From assembly GCA_016191235.1 (NCBI GenBank), contig JACPOZ010000013.1, forward strand, positions 1,400-65,399: 64,000 nt of DNA. Direction: 5' to 3'. Origin of the DNA: Gammaproteobacteria bacterium. Lineage in GTDB: Bacteria; Pseudomonadota; Gammaproteobacteria; Ga0077554; Ga007554. The first letter of the stretch is position 1. Every line of letters starts with the position of its first letter. Both the position numbers and the translations under genes were made by a program. The notes beneath the pieces were generated by a model. The model ran no database searches. It saw only the letters and a program-made list of their open reading frames with translations, and had not been told where the DNA came from. Shown piece after piece: positions 57,275 through 64,000 of the stretch.

Positions 57275-59200
57275 ATGGGAAAAATTATCGGAATTGACCT
57301 GGGTACCACTAACTCCTGCGTTGCGGTGATGGAAGGCGGGCAGCCCCGCGTCATCGAAAATGCCGAGGGAGGCCGTACCACTCCTTCCATTATCGCCTAT
57401 TCCGATGACGCCGAGATCCTGGTTGGACAGGCCGCCAAACGGCAGGCCGTGACCAACCCGGAGAGCACGCTGTTTGCCGTGAAGCGCCTGATCGGCCGCA
57501 AATTCAGTGACGATGTGGTGCAGCGCGACATCAAAATGGTGCCCTACAAGATTATGGCCGCCGACAATGGCGATGCCTGGGTAGAGGCCAAAGGCAGAAA
57601 AATGGCACCGCCGGAGATCTCCGCGCGCGTGCTGATGAAAATGAAAAAGACCGCCGAGGATTATCTGGGCGAGCCTGTCACCGAGGCGGTGATCACCGTG
57701 CCTGCCTATTTCAACGACTCGCAGCGTCAGGCCACCAAAGATGCCGGGCGTATTGCCGGGCTGGATGTGAAGCGCATCATCAACGAGCCGACCGCAGCGG
57801 CGCTGGCCTATGGTATGGACAAGAAGCCGGGCGAGAGCAAGGTTGCGGTGTTTGATTTGGGTGGCGGCACGTTTGATATCTCCATCATTGAAATCGCCGA
57901 AGTCGATGGCGAGCACCAGTTCGAGGTGCTGTCCACCAACGGCGACACCTTCCTGGGTGGCGAAGACTTCGATATGCGCCTGATAGACTACCTGGCGGCG
58001 GAATTCAAGAAAGACAGCGGCATTGATCTGCACAATGATGCGCTGGCCCTGCAACGCCTCAAGGAGGCCGCCGAAAAGGCCAAGATCGAGCTTTCTTCCA
58101 GTCAGCAGACCGATGTGAATCTGCCTTATATCACGGCGGATGCCAAAGGTCCGAAACACCTGAACATCAAGCTAACACGCGCCAAGCTGGAATCGCTGGT
58201 GGACGATCTGATTGAACGCACCATCGCCCCCTGCCGGATTGCCATGAAGGATGCCGGGGTGCAGGCGTCGGACATCGATGACGTGATTCTTGTCGGTGGA
58301 CAGACCCGCATGCCCAAGGTGCAGGAGAAAGTGAAAGAGTTCTTCGGCAAGGAGCCGCGTAAGGACGTCAACCCTGACGAGGCCGTTGCCGTCGGCGCCG
58401 CGATCCAGGCCGGTGTGCTGGGTGGCGAGGTGAAGGACGTGCTGTTGCTCGACGTAACCCCACTGTCACTGGGAATTGAAACCCTGGGCGGCGTGATGAC
58501 CAAGCTGATCGAGAAGAACACCACCATCCCGACCAAGGCAGCCCAGGTGTTTTCGACCGCAGAAGACAACCAGAACGCCGTCACCGTGCACGTGTTGCAG
58601 GGTGAGCGCGAAATAGCCGCCGCCAATAAATCACTGGGGCGCTTTGACCTGGCCGACATCCCGCCCTCGCGGCGTGGCATGCCCCAGATCGAGGTCGCCT
58701 TCGACATCGACGCCAACGGTATCCTGAACGTGTCCGCCAAGGACAAGGCCACCGGCAAACAGCAGTCGATTGTCATCAAGGCCTCCAGCGGTCTCTCCGA
58801 GGATGAAATCAAGCGCATGGTAAAGGATGCCGAGGCGCATGCCGAAGAGGACCGCAAATTCCATGAGCTGGTGCAGGCCCGCAATCATGCGGACAACCTG
58901 ATTCACAGCACCCTCAAATCCTTGAAGGATCTGGAGAGCCAGGTGGAGGCCGATGAAAAGCAGCGCATTGAGACTGCTGCTGAAGCCCTCAAGGAAGCCA
59001 TCAAGGGCGATGACAAAGCTGATATCGAGGCCAAGACCAATGCCTTGATGGAAGTGGCCAGCAAACTCGCCGAACGCGCCTATGCACAGGCAGCGCAAAG
59101 CGAGGCCGGGCAGCAGGGCGAGCCGGCAAGTGCATCCGGCAGCAAGGATGATGTGGTCGACGCCGAGTTTGAAGAAGTCAAAGACGATAAAAGCAAGTAA
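57275..59200 (+). CDS. dnaK: molecular chaperone DnaK
   Basis: [22 protein letters not shown]…, 641 aa. Confidence 0.98.
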   Translation: MGKIIGIDLGTTNSCVAVMEGGQPRVIENAEGGRTTPSIIAYSDDAEILVGQAAKRQAVTNPESTLFAVKRLIGRKFSDDVVQRDIKMVPYKIMAADNGDAWVEAKGRKMAPPEISARVLMKMKKTAEDYLGEPVTEAVITVPAYFNDSQRQATKDAGRIAGLDVKRIINEPTAAALAYGMDKKPGESKVAVFDLGGGTFDISIIEIAEVDGEHQFEVLSTNGDTFLGGEDFDMRLIDYLAAEFKKDSGIDLHNDALALQRLKEAAEKAKIELSSSQQTDVNLPYITADAKGPKHLNIKLTRAKLESLVDDLIERTIAPCRIAMKDAGVQASDIDDVILVGGQTRMPKVQEKVKEFFGKEPRKDVNPDEAVAVGAAIQAGVLGGEVKDVLLLDVTPLSLGIETLGGVMTKLIEKNTTIPTKAAQVFSTAEDNQNAVTVHVLQGEREIAAANKSLGRFDLADIPPSRRGMPQIEVAFDIDANGILNVSAKDKATGKQQSIVIKASSGLSEDEIKRMVKDAEAHAEEDRKFHELVQARNHADNLIHSTLKSLKDLESQVEADEKQRIETAAEALKEAIKGDDKADIEAKTNALMEVASKLAERAYAQAAQSEAGQQGEPASASGSKDDVVDAEFEEVKDDKSK

Positions 59201-59222
59201 ATTGCTGATACCAGAAACTTCC

Positions 59223-59283
59223 CCCTCTCCCGCTTGCGGGGAGAGCGCAGCGAGGGGGGCGAAGCCGTTGGGGAGAGGGTGAA
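59223..59283. repeat. CCTCTCCC…GGGGAGAGG-family REP-like element downstream of dnaK
   Basis: CCCTCTCCCGCTTGCGGGGAGAG hairpin plus GGGGAGAGGGTGAATGA. It belongs to the same family as 29235..29257. Confidence 0.7.
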
Positions 59284-59389
59284 TGATTTTTAACAAGGGT
59301 ACGCTGAGCCGTGCCCTTGTCTTGTTTAAGCTGTAAATCAGGCTGTGCGTAGCATTGCCTGGCAACTAACCAGGTGGAATTTATACCGA

Positions 59390-60532
59390 ATGGCGAAACG
59401 CGATTATTACGAAGTGCTGGAGGTGGCGCGCAATGCCAGCGAGGCCGAGATCAAAAAGGCATACCGGCGCCTCGCCATGAAACACCACCCCGACCGCAAT
59501 CCTGATGACAGTGCGGCGGAGGAGCAGTTCAAGGAAGCCAAAGAAGCCTATGAAGTGCTTAGCGATGAACGCAAGCGCGCCGCTTACGACCAGTTCGGCC
59601 ATGCCGGCGTAGATCCTTCCGCAGCGGCGGCGGGTGGCGCGGCCGGGGGCGGCAACTTTGGTGACATCTTCGGTGACATCTTTGGGGACATCTTTGGCGG
59701 TGCAGCAGGGGGTCGGGCGGGCGGTAGCCGTGTCCACCGTGGCGCGGATTTGCGCTACAACATGGAGCTGGATCTGGAAGAGGCGGTGCATGGCACCACT
59801 ACCAAGGTGCGTATCCCCACCCTGGTCGCGTGCTCGGTGTGTGAAGGCTCGGGCGCCAAGAAAGGCACCAGCGCGACAACCTGCACAACCTGCGGCGGCC
59901 ATGGCCAGGTGCGTATGCAGCAAGGCTTTTTCTCGTTGCAGCAGACCTGCCCCAAATGCCGTGGTGCCGGGAAAATCATCGCCAATCCCTGCGGGACGTG
60001 CCATGGGCATGGGCGTGTGCAGGAGCAAAAAACCCTGTCAGTCAAGATTCCTGCCGGGGTGGATAACGGCGATCGCATCCGTCTGACTGGCGAGGGCGAG
60101 GCGGGTGAGAGCGGTGGGCCACCCGGTGATCTTTATGTCCATATCCACGTGCGGGAACACGCCATCTTCACGCGTGAGGATAATCACCTGATGTGTGAGG
60201 TACCCATCAGTTTTGTTACCGCAACGCTGGGCGGCGAGCTGGAAGTGCCGACGCTGGGTGGCCAGGTTGTCTTGAAAATACCGGCGGAAACCCAGTCCGG
60301 CAAGATGTTCCGCCTGCGCGGCAAGGGTGTCAAATCCGTTCGCGGTGGAGATGTCGGCGACCTGTTGTGCAGGGTGGTTGTCGAAACCCCGGTAAAACTC
60401 ACGCGCCAGCAAAAGGATCTGCTGATCGAGTTTGAAAAAAGCATGAAAGAAGACAGCGCCATTAAGCACAGCCCACGCTCGAGCTCCTGGCTTGATGGGG
60501 TGAAGAAATTTTTTGATGCGATGAAATTTTGA
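59390..60532 (+). CDS. dnaJ: molecular chaperone DnaJ
   Basis: J-domain ([12 protein letters not shown]…HPDRN), G/F-rich region and four CxxCxGxG repeats. The track ORF starts 45 nt earlier. Confidence 0.97.
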   Translation: MAKRDYYEVLEVARNASEAEIKKAYRRLAMKHHPDRNPDDSAAEEQFKEAKEAYEVLSDERKRAAYDQFGHAGVDPSAAAAGGAAGGGNFGDIFGDIFGDIFGGAAGGRAGGSRVHRGADLRYNMELDLEEAVHGTTTKVRIPTLVACSVCEGSGAKKGTSATTCTTCGGHGQVRMQQGFFSLQQTCPKCRGAGKIIANPCGTCHGHGRVQEQKTLSVKIPAGVDNGDRIRLTGEGEAGESGGPPGDLYVHIHVREHAIFTREDNHLMCEVPISFVTATLGGELEVPTLGGQVVLKIPAETQSGKMFRLRGKGVKSVRGGDVGDLLCRVVVETPVKLTRQQKDLLIEFEKSMKEDSAIKHSPRSSSWLDGVKKFFDAMKF

Positions 60533-60553
60533 GTAGCGGGGCCGATGTCACGG

Positions 60554-60706
60554 CCTCTTTTTGTCCACGAAAAACACATTGTCACGAAATAAAACAAAAA
60601 CATGGATTGCTTCAGCGCAATTCACCGGATGGGTGGAAAGTAACACGCGATATGTATTTGAATATTCCCGTGTTTTTTTCGTGACTTTCGTGGATAACTG
60701 AGTTTT
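60554..60706. repeat. left arm of a roughly 150-bp inverted repeat (MITE-like unit)
   Basis: Its reverse complement aligns along its whole length with 61316..61457, at roughly 90% identity by eye with one 8-nt and one 1-nt indel. The arm itself begins (TCCACGAAAAACAC) and ends (GTGACTTTCGTGGA) with an inverted motif. Confidence 0.85.
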
Positions 60707-60721
60707 TTAGCAAAATAACTG

Positions 60722-61270
60722 TCAGGGATTGCCGGTTTCTTTGTCCGTACATGACGGCTCCACTTCAAATCCAAGATGGTAGTAGGCGTGCCAGCGGCTT
60801 TTTTCCTTGAGGGGCAATCCTGACCATACGCTAAGGTGTATGCCTTCCTTGCTGGTGCATTGAGAAAAATACGCAGGTTTTTTTTCGAGGCCAAAGCGGG
60901 CCTGTACCGTGCCATTTTTCTCTTTCAATACGACATGCTTTACAATAATTCCGAATCCAAAGGCGGCAGCCTGATCGTTTTGAAGTAATTTGAGCGCATA
61001 GCGTGTTTGCGGCTTACCGCCGTCTATCGAGACCGTTTGCGTACCATTATCGTTACATGATGACCCCAACACTTCGGCCTTAATCAACGATTGCGGTTCG
61101 CCTGGGCCGCCTGGCGTTACAATCATGACCCGCATGCCTTTGATCAGGTCCGCGCGTTGAGTTTCCAGGCATTGCAGGCCATCTTTCTGGGTGAAGACCA
61201 CACCCACAAGAGATGCATAGCGGGAGGCGTGCGATTTGCCCGCCGTTGCCGCGATGGATGGCGCTGTCAT
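60722..61270 (-). CDS. hypothetical protein (orphan ORF inside the inverted-repeat cassette)
   Basis: 182-codon ORF filling the space between the two arms. GC is lower than the neighbours and I recognise no motif or signal peptide. Coding status is unproven. Confidence 0.45.
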   Translation of the reverse strand: MTAPSIAATAGKSHASRYASLVGVVFTQKDGLQCLETQRADLIKGMRVMIVTPGGPGEPQSLIKAEVLGSSCNDNGTQTVSIDGGKPQTRYALKLLQNDQAAAFGFGIIVKHVVLKEKNGTVQARFGLEKKPAYFSQCTSKEGIHLSVWSGLPLKEKSRWHAYYHLGFEVEPSCTDKETGNP

Positions 61271-61315
61271 AGCCGTGTGAGCAGCGCTGTGAAGATCAGT
61301 CCGCGTTTCAACCTG

Positions 61316-61457
61316 AAAACTCAGTTATCCACGAAAGTCACGAAAAAACACGAAAATATTCAAATACATATCGCGTGTTACCTGTCACCCATCCGATCAA
61401 TTGATGAAGCCATCCATGTTTTTGTTTTATTTCGTGTTTTTCGTGGACAAAAAGAGG
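61316..61457. repeat. right arm of the inverted repeat
   Basis: AAAACTCAGTTATCCACGAAAGTCACGAAAAAACACG…TTTCGTGTTTTTCGTGGACAAAAAGAGG is the inverted copy of 60554..60706. Confidence 0.85.
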
Positions 61458-61466
61458 TTTTAAGGC

Positions 61467-62750
61467 TCAAGAATCAGTCAGCTCGTACACAATCTTGCCT
61501 GCCAGCAGCGTATGCGTCACGCGGCCTTTGAATTCCCACCCCATGAATGGCGTGTTACGGCCGCGGCTTAGCAGGGTGCTTTCCGTCAATTCCCAATAGC
61601 GTTGCGGGTCGAAAATGCAGATGTCCGCAGGCGCCCCCGAGCTTAGCGTGCCTGCCTCAATGCCGAGGATTTGCGCGGGTTTATGGGTCAGGCACGCCAG
61701 AACTTCGCTGAGCGTGAGCACGTCTTCATCCACCAGCCGCAGGCTGAGCGGCAGCAGGGTATCAAGGGAGGATATGCCCGGCTCAGTGGCGCTGAAGGGG
61801 GCCAGCTTGGCATCCGGTTCATGCGGCTGGTGGTCGGAGCAGATCGCCGCCACAGCGCCACGCGCCAGGCCTGCGCGCAAGCCGTCACGGTCGCGTTGGG
61901 TGCGCAACGGCGGGGTGACATGGCATTGGCTGTTGAAGTCGGCCACGTCCATCTCCGTGAGATATAGATGATGCGCGCTCACGTCCGCGCTGACCGGCAG
62001 ACCCTCGTAACGTGCGCGCGCCACCATGCGTACTGCGCGTGCCGTAGACAGCCTGCAAAAGTGCGCGCGCACCCCGGTCTGTTCGATTAGCATCAGATCG
62101 CGCGCTACCGCCGCAGTCTCGGCGGACTCGGGGATGGCGGGCAAGCCAAGGCGCGTGCTGACAGCGCCTTCGTGCATGCAGCCCTTATTGCGCAGCCAGG
62201 GGTCTTCGGGGTTTAGAAATACCGTCAGGCCATGCGTGGCTGCGTATTCCATGGCGCAGCGCAACACGTGGGCATTGGTGACAGGGTGCAGAGCATTGCT
62301 GACCCCGGCGCAGCCTGCCGCTTTTAGTGCCGCCATTGCGCTCAAACTTTCCCCCGCCAACCCTTCGGTGAGTGCGCCCAGCGGTACAACCCGTGCGTAT
62401 CCTGCCGCCTCGGCGCGGTTGCGGATGAGCTCGATGACTGCGGGGGTGTCGATCACGGGGTCAGTATCCGGCGGGCAACACAGGGTAGTGATGCCCGCGC
62501 TGGCTGCCGCGAAGGTTTCGCTGGCGATGGTGCCCTTATGTTCCTGGCCAGGTTCGCGCAGGCGTGCGCACAGGTCTACCAGGCCGGGGCAAACGATCAG
62601 GCCGGTGGCGTCGATCTCGCGTTCCGCAGTAAAGCCTTGAAAATCGCTGCCGATGGCCTGGATGCGGCCGTCGGCGATGAAAACATCCTGCACGCCATCA
62701 ATGGCGTTGGCAGGGTCGATAACACGTCCGTTGGTAATGCGCAGGCGCAT
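61467..62750 (-). CDS. pyrC': dihydroorotase-like protein, probably the non-catalytic PyrC' partner of aspartate carbamoyltransferase
   Basis: 427-aa amidohydrolase fold directly downstream of pyrB, with a 1-nt overlap (TGATG). The position of the metal-binding DxHxH motif reads GLVDLCARLREPG, so both His are missing. Confidence 0.75.
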   Translation of the reverse strand: MRLRITNGRVIDPANAIDGVQDVFIADGRIQAIGSDFQGFTAEREIDATGLIVCPGLVDLCARLREPGQEHKGTIASETFAAASAGITTLCCPPDTDPVIDTPAVIELIRNRAEAAGYARVVPLGALTEGLAGESLSAMAALKAAGCAGVSNALHPVTNAHVLRCAMEYAATHGLTVFLNPEDPWLRNKGCMHEGAVSTRLGLPAIPESAETAAVARDLMLIEQTGVRAHFCRLSTARAVRMVARARYEGLPVSADVSAHHLYLTEMDVADFNSQCHVTPPLRTQRDRDGLRAGLARGAVAAICSDHQPHEPDAKLAPFSATEPGISSLDTLLPLSLRLVDEDVLTLSEVLACLTHKPAQILGIEAGTLSSGAPADICIFDPQRYWELTESTLLSRGRNTPFMGWEFKGRVTHTLLAGKIVYELTDS

Positions 62751-63730
62751 CAGATGATCTCTCCTTCAAGATTCGCGCGAGAGGACATGGCCATCGACAT
62801 GATCGCCATGCGAACCGCGATGCCATGTGTGACCTGCTCAAGGATCACGGAGCGTGTGCCGTCGGCAACCGCCGAGTCGATCTCGACGCCGCGATTGATG
62901 GGGCCGGGGTGCATGACGATGACATCCGGCTTGGCGAGTGCAAGTTTTTCTTCAGTCAGCCCGTAAAGACGAAAGTATTCATGTTCACTGGGCAGCAAAG
63001 CGCCGCGCATGCGTTCGTGTTGCAGGCGCAGCGTGATCACCACATCAACATCGCGCAATCCCTCGCGCAGATCGTGGTGGACATGCACACCGAGGGCCTC
63101 GACATCAGCGGGCATCAGGGTTTCAGGCCCGATGACGCGCACCTCGTTGACGCCGAGCGTGGTCAGTGCATGTATCTGCGAGCGCGCCACTCGCGAATGC
63201 AGAATGTCGCCGACGATGGCGATATTGAGCGGCGCAAAGTCCTTTTTATGGCGGCGAATGGTGAACATGTCCAGCATCGCCTGGGTAGGATGCGCATGGC
63301 GGCCATCACCGGCATTGATCACGCTGATGTGCGGTGCCACATGCTGGGCGATAAAGTGCGCCGCACCGCTGCGGTCGTGGCGCACCACGAACATATCGCA
63401 GTGCATCGCCTGAAGGTTGTGCAGCGTGTCGAGCAGGCTTTCGCCCTTGCTTGTCGCCGAGGCCGCGACATTGATGTTAAGCACGTCCGCTGAGAGGCGC
63501 TTGGCGGCGAGTTCAAAGGTGGTGCGGGTGCGCGTGCTGGCTTCGAAGAACAGATTGACGATGGTCTTGCCGCGCAGCAGGGGGACTTTCTTGATGGATT
63601 GCGCGGTGACGCCGGAAAACGATTCGGCGGTGTCCAGTATCTCCACCAGCAGTTTGCGGTTCAGACCCTCAATGGTTAGAAAGTGGCGCAGACGGCCGTT
63701 TTTGTCGAGCTGTATATTGTGGCGTCTCAT
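62750..63730 (-). CDS. pyrB: aspartate carbamoyltransferase catalytic subunit
   Basis: …[13 protein letters not shown]… (STRTR carbamoyl-phosphate motif), …HPTQA…, …MHPGP…. Confidence 0.95.
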   Translation of the reverse strand: MRRHNIQLDKNGRLRHFLTIEGLNRKLLVEILDTAESFSGVTAQSIKKVPLLRGKTIVNLFFEASTRTRTTFELAAKRLSADVLNINVAASATSKGESLLDTLHNLQAMHCDMFVVRHDRSGAAHFIAQHVAPHISVINAGDGRHAHPTQAMLDMFTIRRHKKDFAPLNIAIVGDILHSRVARSQIHALTTLGVNEVRVIGPETLMPADVEALGVHVHHDLREGLRDVDVVITLRLQHERMRGALLPSEHEYFRLYGLTEEKLALAKPDVIVMHPGPINRGVEIDSAVADGTRSVILEQVTHGIAVRMAIMSMAMSSRANLEGEII

Positions 63731-63768
63731 GTCGCGTATTCTGTATCTATTGGGCTATATGGATGTTG

Positions 63769-64000
<232 letters not shown>

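Noticed and set aside
57254-58159. 301-aa ORF antisense to dnaK, and similar long antisense ORFs (8036..8902 in clpA, 15300..16070 in mrcB, 55483..56472 in hrcA, 53812..54687 across comEC/nadK, 49813..50649 in yciB, 46082..46942 in scpA, 47359..48051 in trpS)
   Set aside because: Each is fully contained in, and antisense or out of frame to, a gene with strong family signatures. None shows motifs of its own.

Overview
The window looks like a 64-kb chromosomal segment of a moderately GC-rich proteobacterium. Gene order (cspD-clpS-clpA-infA-aat, nadK/hrcA-grpE-dnaK-dnaJ, pyrR-pyrB-pyrC') suggests a beta- or gammaproteobacterium, but this is inference only. Most of it is conserved housekeeping: icd, clpSA, infA, bpt/aat, mrcB, ppc, fabI, nrdAB, metR/metE, rluB, scpAB, trpS, the yciO/yciB/yciI/bolA group, comEC, nadK, the hrcA-grpE-dnaK-dnaJ heat-shock block and pyrR-pyrB-pyrC'. 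I found no rRNA, tRNA or CRISPR array. Four accessory regions stand out. (1) A visibly lower-GC five-gene island (about 17.1-22.3 kb) sits between an LpoP-like lipoprotein gene and ppc. It carries an Eco29kI-type GIY-YIG restriction endonuclease and C5-cytosine methyltransferase pair. Downstream is an uncharacterised co-directional trio: a ParB-like protein, a Dam-type adenine methyltransferase and an EndoIII-like glycosylase. This trio is my best candidate for an undescribed system. (2) Downstream of nrdB (26.3-28.1 kb) is a REP/RAYT locus with a REP-flanked tyrosine transposase and an orphan membrane-anchored ORF. It also holds a second copy of the nrdB 3' end that differs from the real one only at synonymous sites. 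(3) A 904-bp cassette (60.55-61.46 kb) has one orphan ORF bracketed by roughly 150-bp inverted repeats. (4) Several structured or palindromic intergenic elements are present, including three dispersed REP-like families. Two genes are disrupted as given. A globin-coupled diguanylate cyclase carries an in-frame TAG. An ArsS-type radical SAM gene carries a 1-nt frameshift. All functional calls come from reading motifs in the supplied translations, with no database search run.
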